A stretch of 55,982 nucleotides of DNA, taken from positions 1 to 55,982 of IMG/VR virus record IMGVR_UViG_3300011442_000011; one strand, 5' to 3'. The translations under genes were made by a program, and so were the position numbers. Below are positions 1 through 8,518 of the stretch, piece after piece; position 1 is the first letter of the stretch; each line of letters opens with the position of its first letter. Origin of the DNA: a virus. Lineage: Duplodnaviria; Caudoviricetes. The notes beneath the pieces were generated by a model that made no database searches, was not told where the DNA came from, and saw only the letters and a program-made list of their open reading frames with translations.

Positions 1-69
1 CACTCGTGGAATGTGCTGGGAACTGTCCGAGACAGATTGCAGCACCTCCGGGTTTCTTTTAGGTGACTT

Positions 70-579
70 ATGAAGACATTATGTGCATCGATCATTTTGC
101 TCAGCGTCATGGTAGCCTATACCGGCGCTCAGAGCTGGACTCAGATCAGTATTAAATATCAGCAATCGTGCATGGTGAAGGACAAGCCAACACGATGGAC
201 ATTGTGTGGCCTCTTCTACGTCCAACAATACGCGCCGTCACCAGATGGCGGACCACAAGCTCTCGAGGGCTATGTGGAGTTAACGCATGAAGGCCATGTG
301 GATTTAGCAATGGGGACGATCGGTAATATTGAGCAGGCAGGCACAGGTTCTGTGAATCGCGCTATTGCTCTTACCGGCGGAATTGTCGTTTCGGGGCCAG
401 GACAGATCAATGAGGCTATAGCTCTGTCTTTATCTCCGACCAGACGTAAGGGCGGTTACTCTGGTGTAATAAACGTAAAGAATCAGATCTATATCTCGTT
501 CGACAATGGTTGGACGATTCGTCCAGATGGCGCAGACTTGATACTCTGCAGTCCTCGAAACATTTGTAGGAGCTTCTAA
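70..579 (+). CDS. hypothetical protein with N-terminal signal-peptide-like segment
   Basis: 169-aa ORF, AGGTG RBS upstream; MKT + hydrophobic stretch + TGA-Q cleavage-like site; stop overlaps next start (TAATG). Confidence 0.6.
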   Translation: MKTLCASIILLSVMVAYTGAQSWTQISIKYQQSCMVKDKPTRWTLCGLFYVQQYAPSPDGGPQALEGYVELTHEGHVDLAMGTIGNIEQAGTGSVNRAIALTGGIVVSGPGQINEAIALSLSPTRRKGGYSGVINVKNQIYISFDNGWTIRPDGADLILCSPRNICRSF

Positions 580-923
580 TGGCGCAGTTCATTCCGATCG
601 CTGGAGATATCCAAGAAGTCAAGCCAAAGAACGGTACGAAATTCGGGCTTCAGGAAGCTCAGACCATCATCGGTGGTTACCTCCAGTTAATCCCAGAAAG
701 TGACTGGGGTATGAGCAGATTTATTCGAATTCTTTGTGACGAAGAGGGAACCCTCAAGAAACTCCAGTTCAACGAACGGGCGACTACGATCCTGCACACT
801 GCGATGGCAGAGAAATTGCATGTGAGTGTTGCGCAGCTTCCTCAGCTAGTAGGGAGGCGGCTTCGCTACCTGCCACGAATTGTCGGGCCTGCGCTGGTTC
901 TTGACAAGGCAGAGAAGTTTTAA
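579..923 (+). CDS. DUF3846-like phage protein
   Basis: LQEAQTIIGGYLQ..CDEEG..L.FNERAT..IVGPAL pattern typical of DUF3846-type proteins (recognised by eye). Confidence 0.65.
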   Translation: MAQFIPIAGDIQEVKPKNGTKFGLQEAQTIIGGYLQLIPESDWGMSRFIRILCDEEGTLKKLQFNERATTILHTAMAEKLHVSVAQLPQLVGRRLRYLPRIVGPALVLDKAEKF

Positions 924-957
924 TACAAAATAAATTTTTCTGACCGCAAGAATTTCC

Positions 958-986
958 TTGCATTGCCAATACAGGCATGTTAGGAT
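958..986 (+). promoter_or_regulatory. sigma70-type promoter
   Basis: TTGCAT-17 bp-TAGGAT with extended -10 TG, in AT-rich gap upstream of 1035 ORF. Confidence 0.6.
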
Positions 987-1034
987 GTATTTACGGTAGC
1001 GGAATTAACCGCTGACATTCAAAGGGGCATTCAC

Positions 1035-1397
1035 ATGAGGACAGTCAAGTTCAATCGGATCCACAAGAACGGTTGGATCAGCTACAAGGTCCCCGGCGTT
1101 CCTGGCGCGATCTTCATCGACAAGCGGACGGTCACGCCGGAATTCCTGGCAGCGCCTCCGGCGACGATCGACGTGGAGTTCGAGGGTCTGCTTCCGGAAG
1201 GCGCGGGAGTCAGCGAGCTCCAGGCTGCGAAGAACGCGAAAAAGCAGGAAGCGGAGCAGAAGAAGGCCGAACGTGCGAAGCTCGCAGCGGAGAAGGCCGA
1301 AGCTCGTCTCGCGAAGCTGAAGGCGTCGGCCGAGAAGGCAGCGTCGTCACTCGCGAAGGCTCAGGGTCAGACCAGCTCGGCTCCCGCGACTTCGTAA
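1035..1397 (+). CDS. hypothetical protein with Lys/Ala/Glu-rich coiled-coil C-terminus
   Basis: 120-aa ORF, AGGGG RBS, GC3-rich codons like the capsid gene. Confidence 0.75.
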   Translation: MRTVKFNRIHKNGWISYKVPGVPGAIFIDKRTVTPEFLAAPPATIDVEFEGLLPEGAGVSELQAAKNAKKQEAEQKKAERAKLAAEKAEARLAKLKASAEKAASSLAKAQGQTSSAPATS

Positions 1398-1434
1398 CTG
1401 CGCTGCGCCGCGTCAACAACGCGGGGCAGTCGGT

Positions 1435-1482
1435 GACCCAATGGTGCGAGCTCCTACCTCCCGCCATTGGGTCTTTTCTTTT
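1435..1482 (+). terminator. intrinsic terminator
   Basis: GACCCAATGG/CCATTGGGTC 10-bp stem followed by TTTTCTTTT. Confidence 0.65.
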
Positions 1483-1555
1483 CTCCATAAATCTAGTTGA
1501 CATCAGATTGACTTACCTGCTAGAAAAGAAATTTTCCGATTCTAGTAAATAGGTA

Positions 1556-1584
1556 TTGCAATCTGTTTAAAACTGTGGTATCAT
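1556..1584 (+). promoter_or_regulatory. early promoter with operator-like dyad (copy 1)
   Basis: TTGCAA-tctgtttaaaactgtgg-TATCAT; 17-bp spacer. Confidence 0.8.
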
Positions 1585-1631
1585 TATTTCACTGCGGCAA
1601 TCCTGCCGTAGATACACAAGGATAGGCCGAT

Positions 1632-2789
1632 ATGAACCAAGATATTATGACGATCCATCCCGACGACGTCCTGACATTCAAAGAAATTGAAGACCATATG
1701 CGCCGCGTGGCGAAGATATATGATCTTCCGCTGCGAAACATCACGGCTTACCCGATGCCACAAACGGGCATGTCGGATCGTCTCGGTGATTGCTCGGGCA
1801 CCGGCGACATTCGTCTGGTCCTCCGTTGCACAGTTGACGGTAAGTGGTGCGATGCTCCGATGAATCCGGATACCGTCCGCACCACGGCTGCCCACGAACT
1901 CGCTCATCTGAAACACATGAACCACGGTATGGAGTTCCAGGCACTATTCAAGGAACTCGAGACCGCGATGTTTAATCAGAAAGAAAGCCATCGCGACAAG
2001 ATCATCGACAAGTTGCTGAAGCTCCAACAGGCGCGACAGGGCGAAGCTGCGCTTGGCAATCTGGAGGCAGCCCAGTCGTTCGCTGCTATGATCAACAAGA
2101 TGTTGATCGAACACGAGCTCAGCCCAACAGATCTCGACTTTGCCCGCGCTCGTGACAACGATCCGGTTGTCGAGATCGCTGTCAGCTTCACTGCCCACAA
2201 CATAAAGCTCGCAAAGTCACGCATTGCGTGGCAAGAGGAGCTCGCACAGCGGATCGCCGGCGCGCATCTCTGCAAGATCCTCATCCTCCCGGGCAGCAAT
2301 CGTCTGGTTTTCGTCGGTGTTCGTTCGCATGCGACTGTCGCCGAATACGTCTACGGCACAATGGTTCCGGCCGTCGAGAAAATGTCCAAGGCCGCAGAAG
2401 TCAAATATTGGCAGGAAACTGGCTGTGGCCGTGGTCGTGATAACAAGGCGCTTGGTTATCGTTCAGCGTGGATCGAATCTTTCAACACTCGTATCTGGGA
2501 GCGATTCGAAGAGGCTCGGCGTGCAGCGTTGAAGGATTATGCTGCCAGCAAGGGCAATTCAACGGAAACCGGTCTGATGAGACTGAACGGCGCGCTCATC
2601 AAGGCGCAGAGATACATCGACGACAAGTTCTCTGCTCGCGGTCGTGCAGCTCGTCATGCTCACGCTATCGAACACAAATACCGCAATCATCCGGAAGGAC
2701 ATGCTGCGGGGCGTGAAGCGGCCAACAACATCACTCTGGGTCGTCGCGGTCTGAACAGCCCAGCGACTCGGGGTCAACTCAAGGACTAG
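1632..2789 (+). CDS. zincin (HExxH) metallopeptidase domain + DUF2786-like domain protein
   Basis: AHELAHLKHMNHG motif; IIDKLLKL..EAAQSFAAMINKMLIEHEL resembles DUF2786. Confidence 0.7.
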   Translation: MNQDIMTIHPDDVLTFKEIEDHMRRVAKIYDLPLRNITAYPMPQTGMSDRLGDCSGTGDIRLVLRCTVDGKWCDAPMNPDTVRTTAAHELAHLKHMNHGMEFQALFKELETAMFNQKESHRDKIIDKLLKLQQARQGEAALGNLEAAQSFAAMINKMLIEHELSPTDLDFARARDNDPVVEIAVSFTAHNIKLAKSRIAWQEELAQRIAGAHLCKILILPGSNRLVFVGVRSHATVAEYVYGTMVPAVEKMSKAAEVKYWQETGCGRGRDNKALGYRSAWIESFNTRIWERFEEARRAALKDYAASKGNSTETGLMRLNGALIKAQRYIDDKFSARGRAARHAHAIEHKYRNHPEGHAAGREAANNITLGRRGLNSPATRGQLKD

Positions 2790-2799
2790 GAGTTGGACA

Positions 2800-3051
2800 A
2801 TGGCGCGGTGCAGGACGTTTCGGATCCATCCCGAAACCGGGGTGCCCGATCGTGAGATCACGGAGTTTCTCAACGAATGCGAGAAAGTATCGCTCATCAA
2901 TGTCCAAATGCATCAACTTCCGGCAGAAGGAAAGTGGGATGCACGCCTCGTGCTCATCGTGACCAAGAACGAGGAGACCATCGAAGAGTCGGGTAAGCTC
3001 CCACAATCAATTGGCAAAGTAGTCTCGACTTCGATCGCGAAGCAGAATTGA
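2800..3051 (+). CDS. hypothetical protein
   Basis: 83-aa ORF with AGGAG RBS. Confidence 0.6.
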   Translation: MARCRTFRIHPETGVPDREITEFLNECEKVSLINVQMHQLPAEGKWDARLVLIVTKNEETIEESGKLPQSIGKVVSTSIAKQN

Positions 3052-3196
3052 TTTCGTTCGTCTGACAACGGGTATGGAGGTGCGCCATGCGTTAGATATG
3101 ACTAACTAAACAATTTAATTTGGAAACGGGTCTTGTTCTGCCGGTCTTCAAAGACGGGTCACATTTGGCAGACTGAAAGACCGGCGCAGGTCTTAT

Positions 3197-3445
3197 ATGA
3201 AATCTATTACACCAGCAGTCCACAGAGACGCCATTCTTGTCACCTTTGCCAAGGACCAGCCAGAGTATAATGCTCTAGTTGGTTCTGTCGGTCCCGATGG
3301 TACGGTCATGACCGAATGGGAGTTCACCGACGAAGAGCGAAAGATTATCCTCGAAGGTGGTCGAATTCGGCTATGGCTTCTGTTTGCGATAGACGAGCGA
3401 AAAGACCGTAGGCTCACGCCAATTGCGATCGAGACAGTAAAATGA
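3197..3445 (+). CDS. hypothetical phage protein
   Basis: 82-aa ORF; FAKDQPEY..W.FTDEER.I..GG pattern seen in small phage proteins. Confidence 0.65.
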   Translation: MKSITPAVHRDAILVTFAKDQPEYNALVGSVGPDGTVMTEWEFTDEERKIILEGGRIRLWLLFAIDERKDRRLTPIAIETVK

Positions 3446-3569
3446 CTCTACGGATTTTCCTCTGTTGCGTTCGGTGTCGTCGCATCTTCGAGATGTGGAC
3501 GAAGTGGCCCATTCCAGCAGTCTGCACAAATTGTCATCCATACACACCACCAATCGTGGGACTTTGGAA

Positions 3570-3851
3570 ATGAGCTGCCTTCCTGAGGGAAAACGCTGGA
3601 TTCGTCATGACGGCAAGAAACAGAAACTCCGGAATCTCAGGAATATCTGTCGGCCTACGTTAGATTCCAACGATCCTGAGGTCCGTGTCGCGTTGCTCAA
3701 TCTGACAGAAATCGTGGCGCAGGATCCAGAGCCACAATACGCGCTCTACAGCTTGATTCGTGCTGCACAAGAAGCATCAAACGATACGGGCGTCTCAATC
3801 CAAGAGTCAATCAACTATATTGTGGATAAATACGGACAGGAAGAAAAGTAG
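3570..3851 (+). CDS. hypothetical protein (start uncertain; ORF open from 3465)
   Basis: co-oriented ORF ending immediately before promoter copy 2. Confidence 0.45.
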   Translation: MSCLPEGKRWIRHDGKKQKLRNLRNICRPTLDSNDPEVRVALLNLTEIVAQDPEPQYALYSLIRAAQEASNDTGVSIQESINYIVDKYGQEEK

Positions 3852-3852
3852 C

Positions 3853-3881
3853 TTGCAGTCAGTTTAAAACTGTAGTATACT
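3853..3881 (+). promoter_or_regulatory. early promoter with operator-like dyad (copy 2)
   Basis: TTGCAG-tcagtttaaaactgtag-TATACT; 17-bp spacer. Confidence 0.8.
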
Positions 3882-3889
3882 GGCCTTAC

Positions 3890-4216
3890 ATGAAATGCTC
3901 AGTCTGTCGTGGTGCGTGCTGCGAGGAGTTTAGTCTAGACCTCGTGATGCAACCGCCGAGCAAAGACGCTCAGCGCTGGATTGAGCTCCATGCCATAAAT
4001 ATCAAAGACGAACGTCTTCGTTTCGAGTGCCGTTGCACGGAGCTCACGCTCGAAGGTGATTGCGCAATCTGGGAAGATCGACCTATGGTGTGTGAACTAT
4101 TCATCGCTGGTGGCCCGCGATGTCTGGAAGTCGTAGGACGGCGGCGCACCACCGATCAATATCAAATGATCCGCGATAACGACGACCCACTAGTCCTCGA
4201 TGGCCAATCTGTTTGA
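3890..4216 (+). CDS. YkgJ-like cysteine cluster (CxxCxxCC) protein
   Basis: CSVCRGACC ... CRC..L...DCAIWEDRPMVC motif. Confidence 0.75.
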   Translation: MKCSVCRGACCEEFSLDLVMQPPSKDAQRWIELHAINIKDERLRFECRCTELTLEGDCAIWEDRPMVCELFIAGGPRCLEVVGRRRTTDQYQMIRDNDDPLVLDGQSV

Positions 4217-6167
4217 TTTAATCTCACCCGGCGATATAGTCGTTCCGCATGACGACTGGCGTCCGGAGTCTCCTCCATCGCTCTCTGCATTTAGTGAAAT
4301 CTTTGTTAATTTCGAGACAAATGGCCTACAATGGTGGAATGGAAATTTGCCAGTAGGCGTTGGAGTCTTTGCTGGTGATCGTTCATGGTATCTGCCATTT
4401 GGACATCAAGGTAAAGGTAATCTCGACCCTGCCGTCGTATATCGATTCTGTCAGCAAGAATTTAAAGGTAAACTGATCACTAATATCAACACTCGCTTTG
4501 ACACGCACATGGCTCGTGCGTGGGGCGAGAAGATGGGCGGGGGTGGACTAGACTTTGAGGCAATGGGTTGCCATTTGAGCGATGTTGGACATTATGTAGC
4601 ATTGCTCGATGATCATCGGATGGAGATGAATCTGGATTCAATTATTTCAGATTATCTCAAAGAAGTACCAATGAAGCGACTTGATGAAAGTCAAGGGCTC
4701 CATAGATTTTCGGCCGGGCAAGTCATGCCTCGTGCTCGTTATCAAGTGGAAATAGTGAAGCGATTGAAAGATGTTCTGTGGCCTAAGCTAACAGAGCAGG
4801 GGCTACAGCGGGTTCGCCAGCTCGAGGATGATGTAATACCAGTCGTCGTTGAAATGGAGAAGAATGGGTCACCTATTGATCTAGAGCTCCTCGATACATG
4901 GATAAAACAAGTTCATGAAGAATACTGCAAAGTGCTCATGGATTTGTATAGAGACACTGGTCTCAAGATAAACCCGAACTCTAATCCAGATCAAGCTAAG
5001 CTCTTCCAACATCTGAAGCTCCAGTTCATTGAATTCACAGATACTGGCGCACCGAGTTTTGGCGATGCAGTCATAAAAGGTATCGATCATCCAACAGTCA
5101 AGAAGCTACGACGCGCGAAGAAGCTCGCTAGTATTCATAGCAAACTCAGCAAGTATCGCCGCGTCATTGATTCAAAGGGTATCCTCCGCTACGCTCTTCA
5201 CCAACTTAGGATGACGAAAGATGAAAGGGATCATGCTGGTAGCAGTGGGACCAATACTGGTCGTTTTTCAAGCACAGAGATTGCTCCAGGCGTTGGGACT
5301 AACATCCAGCAAGTCCTCAAACCTGAAAAACAATTCCTGACATTTGGCGATGAATACTTTGTCCGTGATGTCCACATACCGGCAAGTGGCGAGTGGTTAT
5401 CTGTAGACGCAGAACAGATACAGTATCGTATCTTCGCACATGAAGCGAATTCACCACGCATAAATAAACGATATGAAGAAGATCCTTGGACCTCGTTCCA
5501 TAAGATGGTCCATAAGATGTTGCTGCCCTCTAAACCAGATCTTTCATATCGTCTTTGCAAAGATACGAACTTCGCAAAGATGTTTGCTGCTGGACCAAGT
5601 AAGATTGCGCTTATGCTTGGATTCATCACTAAAAAAGAATATGAAGAACTTCGCGCAGCAAAGGCTAATCGCAATCATCCGAAGCTCGTCAAAGTCAAAG
5701 AGATCCTCGATGTATATGCCCGAGAAATGCCGGAAGTCGATGCGGCTCTCAAGAAGGCCGAAGAGATTGCGAAGACTCGTGGTTTCGTTAGGTCAGTTAT
5801 GGGACGTCGTTCACGATTCCCTGACCAAGAACAACTCCACAAGGCTTTGAATGGTCGAATTCAGATGTCCGAAGCAGACATCATGAAAGCGAAGGCTGTC
5901 GAATTACATAGAGCTCGTAAATATACTGACTTCTTGTTACGATTTCAAGTTCACGATGAATTTGATGGAGATGCTCGAGAGCCGCACACTAAGGCACGTG
6001 TCGCGGAAGTCTTGAATGCACAATCATTTGAACTACGCATCCCGATTCTATTTGGTGTAAAGACCGGAAAGTCTTGGGGTGCGTGTGCCGCCGAAGAACT
6101 CGCAAAACTTCGACGAGAAGCCGCAGAGGCAGCGGCAGCAAATGATTCTGCTCAAGTTCCGAACTGA
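4200..6167 (+). CDS. polA: DNA polymerase, family A (proofreading domain appears degenerate)
   Basis: TGRFSS, NIQQ, motif A DAEQIQYR, motif B KDTNF, motif C QVHDE. Confidence 0.9.
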   Translation: MANLFDLISPGDIVVPHDDWRPESPPSLSAFSEIFVNFETNGLQWWNGNLPVGVGVFAGDRSWYLPFGHQGKGNLDPAVVYRFCQQEFKGKLITNINTRFDTHMARAWGEKMGGGGLDFEAMGCHLSDVGHYVALLDDHRMEMNLDSIISDYLKEVPMKRLDESQGLHRFSAGQVMPRARYQVEIVKRLKDVLWPKLTEQGLQRVRQLEDDVIPVVVEMEKNGSPIDLELLDTWIKQVHEEYCKVLMDLYRDTGLKINPNSNPDQAKLFQHLKLQFIEFTDTGAPSFGDAVIKGIDHPTVKKLRRAKKLASIHSKLSKYRRVIDSKGILRYALHQLRMTKDERDHAGSSGTNTGRFSSTEIAPGVGTNIQQVLKPEKQFLTFGDEYFVRDVHIPASGEWLSVDAEQIQYRIFAHEANSPRINKRYEEDPWTSFHKMVHKMLLPSKPDLSYRLCKDTNFAKMFAAGPSKIALMLGFITKKEYEELRAAKANRNHPKLVKVKEILDVYAREMPEVDAALKKAEEIAKTRGFVRSVMGRRSRFPDQEQLHKALNGRIQMSEADIMKAKAVELHRARKYTDFLLRFQVHDEFDGDAREPHTKARVAEVLNAQSFELRIPILFGVKTGKSWGACAAEELAKLRREAAEAAAANDSAQVPN

Positions 6168-6336
6168 AGTAGAAATAGAGCGTCTTCGTGATTTATCAGT
6201 AAGCTGGCTTGTGCGTCGGCCAGATAGAGAGATATTGCAGAAGCTCGTTGATGAACTAGAGAATCCTCGATTAGAGTGTTTTAAGTGCCATCACTGGCAC
6301 CGTGCAGGCGATTGCACAATGGAAGACTTTGGCTAA
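6142..6336 (+). CDS. small hypothetical protein (CxxCHHWH..C)
   Basis: ATG at 6142 in frame of the 6079..6336 ORF; fills gap between polymerase and nuclease. Confidence 0.5.
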   Translation: MILLKFRTEVEIERLRDLSVSWLVRRPDREILQKLVDELENPRLECFKCHHWHRAGDCTMEDFG

Positions 6337-6715
6337 GATAAACGAAGCGAATCTAAAAGGAGAGCTGTGTAAATATATCCGAGATAATTCTCGTTTCGTC
6401 GTGATACGTCACGAAGACCATTTGACCCATGGAATTCCAGATATCTCAGTGACGGGCAATAAGAAGACTGTTTGGATAGAAGTAAAATTTGGTGATCCGA
6501 AGTTTGAATCTCGTGGGATACAGGAGCTCACGATGAAGAGGCTAGCACTTGCAGGTCTAGCCTTTTATGTGGTATACTACCAACAGTTAAATGAACGACG
6601 TGTTTATATTGTTCATCCAAATGACATTGGCAAGGATTTCAGCGAATGGTCCGACTTCGTTCCAGGATTTGACCATTCTTGGGTCTTTGAAGAACTTCTG
6701 GTGGTGCTAACATGA
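6329..6715 (+). CDS. PD-(D/E)xK nuclease (VRR-NUC/Holliday junction resolvase-like)
   Basis: EANL..GIPDI..WIEVK..Q motif; start uncertain (TTG 6329 or GTG 6302). Confidence 0.75.
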   Translation: MAKINEANLKGELCKYIRDNSRFVVIRHEDHLTHGIPDISVTGNKKTVWIEVKFGDPKFESRGIQELTMKRLALAGLAFYVVYYQQLNERRVYIVHPNDIGKDFSEWSDFVPGFDHSWVFEELLVVLT

Positions 6716-7038
6716 TTCTCTCTGACCGCGATCAATTCGTTGGCGTTCACTTCACGAAAGAGGTGAAGGAAGGCATGAAGACGGCTGCAACTCGCCGAAG
6801 AATGTCTCTGAGCGCGTTCTTGGCAAAAATCGCCGAGGACTGGCTCGAGAAAGCCTCCGATGAAATTGAGGAGGTCGGAAGATCGAACAAGCGAAACGAG
6901 CAATCACATATCCGCGTTCTGCTCCGTTCGATTCCTGGGCACCAGCATTCCATCGATGCGCAAGGCCGTCCAACTTGCGGTTGTCACTATGAGGAGGATG
7001 TTCCTCTTCCTCTGACTGGAAATGCGGCCACAACTTAG
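6712..7038 (+). CDS. putative ribbon-helix-helix DNA-binding protein
   Basis: FVGVHF strand followed by helices EVKEGMKTAATRRRMSLSAFLAKIAEDWL (CopG/Arc-like). Confidence 0.6.
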   Translation: MILSDRDQFVGVHFTKEVKEGMKTAATRRRMSLSAFLAKIAEDWLEKASDEIEEVGRSNKRNEQSHIRVLLRSIPGHQHSIDAQGRPTCGCHYEEDVPLPLTGNAATT

Positions 7039-7204
7039 TCTCTATTCCGATCTAGTAGTTGATCAATATGGGCAACTACTATTTCGGGATTACAGTATAG
7101 CGATTATACAATATATTTGCGGATGCGCCTGGATCGGTCGAGATCAAGTAGCTCGTTGTAGGCACTGTCCATTTCAACTTAACTTACCGTTCTAGGAGGG
7201 TTTC

Positions 7205-7768
7205 ATGGCCCCACGGATGACCACTTTCACTGGTCGTGTAGTTAATCCTTTGGATCTGAAACCCAACGATATTGTCATCCTCGATATTGCTCATCATACG
7301 GCCACGCTAAACAGATTTCTTGGTGCGCTGAAACGACCAGTGAGCATTGCACAACATCAAGTCTACGTTTCACGTTTGTTAGATGGAACAGGCTGGGAAC
7401 GTGAAGGTTTGTTTCACGATGCGATTGAAGCGTATCTCGGCGATATGTTGAAATGGCTGAAATGTGAGCCAGAAATGAAAGCATATCGTGATGCCGAGGA
7501 GCGTGGTTGGCTCGTTGCATGTGACGCGCTAAACTTGAATCCCGACGGCTGTCCGGAACGTTGTCCTGAAGTTGAATGGGCAGATCGCTTGATGGTGCGC
7601 TACGAAGCATTCCGCGAGGCCAATAACTCCGATATGTTCGAGAGACCAAATTACCCCAAGCCGTCAGAAGACGAGATCAAGAAAGTTGGGAAGTGGGCTC
7701 CTTGGTCATGGCGCGCAGCGGAGCGAGGATTCCTCGACCATGCCCGTCTCTTAGGCTATACGGTATGA
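7205..7768 (+). CDS. HD-domain phosphohydrolase (YfbR/YfdR-like nucleotidase)
   Basis: TFTG..P.DI.I.DIAH..NRF.G..SIAQH..LFHDAIEAYLGD; AGGAGG RBS. Confidence 0.85.
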   Translation: MAPRMTTFTGRVVNPLDLKPNDIVILDIAHHTATLNRFLGALKRPVSIAQHQVYVSRLLDGTGWEREGLFHDAIEAYLGDMLKWLKCEPEMKAYRDAEERGWLVACDALNLNPDGCPERCPEVEWADRLMVRYEAFREANNSDMFERPNYPKPSEDEIKKVGKWAPWSWRAAERGFLDHARLLGYTV

Positions 7769-8316
7769 CCCTCTTAGATTCCATGCAGCATTCATTGAAT
7801 CGCGCGAAGATCGCATCAGATCGTCTGAAAAGGCAGCTCTACCTTGATATCGATGGCGTGTTCGGTGATCTGGATGGTTTCTATGAGCAGCTCTTCGGAG
7901 TTCGCCCAAACCAAGACACATACGAACCACCAGACCTCTGGACTAATATCCGCAATCACGGATTCTTCTTTCGTGACATGCCGTTGATGCCCAACGCATT
8001 CCAACTTTGGATCACAATCAAAACACAGATCCATCCAGATCCTATATTCCTGACCGGTATACCAAAACCGAATACTGGCATCACGAATGCTGCCGAGCAA
8101 AAAGCAATCTGGGTAGCTCGGAACTTCGGAGTTGATCAACAGGTCATCTGTTGTCTCTCCGAGGATAAACATTGTCACGGCAAACTCGGTGACGTATTAC
8201 TTGATGACCGTACGAAGTATGCCGGTCATTGGATCCATATAGGTGGCCTATTTGTTCACCATAGGTCAGTAGAAAGCTCCATAGTTAACCTGAAACATAT
8301 CTACAATGGCCGGTAA
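7765..8316 (+). CDS. HAD-family 5'(3')-deoxyribonucleotidase (NT5C-like)
   Basis: LYLDIDGV motif I, FLTG, K..W, LLDDR; ATGA overlap with upstream gene. Confidence 0.8.
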   Translation: MTLLDSMQHSLNRAKIASDRLKRQLYLDIDGVFGDLDGFYEQLFGVRPNQDTYEPPDLWTNIRNHGFFFRDMPLMPNAFQLWITIKTQIHPDPIFLTGIPKPNTGITNAAEQKAIWVARNFGVDQQVICCLSEDKHCHGKLGDVLLDDRTKYAGHWIHIGGLFVHHRSVESSIVNLKHIYNGR

Positions 8317-8478
8317 AGCCTGCGCGCACGATGCCGTTTTGACCCGCCTAGCGTGCCCTGTGGCGCAACCTGACCTACCGGGTAAGGGTAAGCCATACCT
8401 TATTACTGGGACGCGCCACGGGAAGTCCTGGAACTCCACCTGACATCACCATAAATTGCAGCGCGATGAAAATGTGGC

Positions 8479-8507
8479 TTGCAATCGGTTTAAAACTGTG
8501 GTATGAT
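8479..8507 (+). promoter_or_regulatory. promoter with operator-like dyad (copy 3), upstream of DNA-modification operon
   Basis: TTGCAA-tcggtttaaaactgtgg-TATGAT; 17-bp spacer. Confidence 0.8.
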
Positions 8508-8518
8508 GGGTTTCTCAA

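Noticed and set aside
7205-7768. HD hydrolase as DatZ of a 2-aminoadenine (Z) genome
   Set aside because: No PurZ-like ORF in the window; neighbours point to pyrimidine modification
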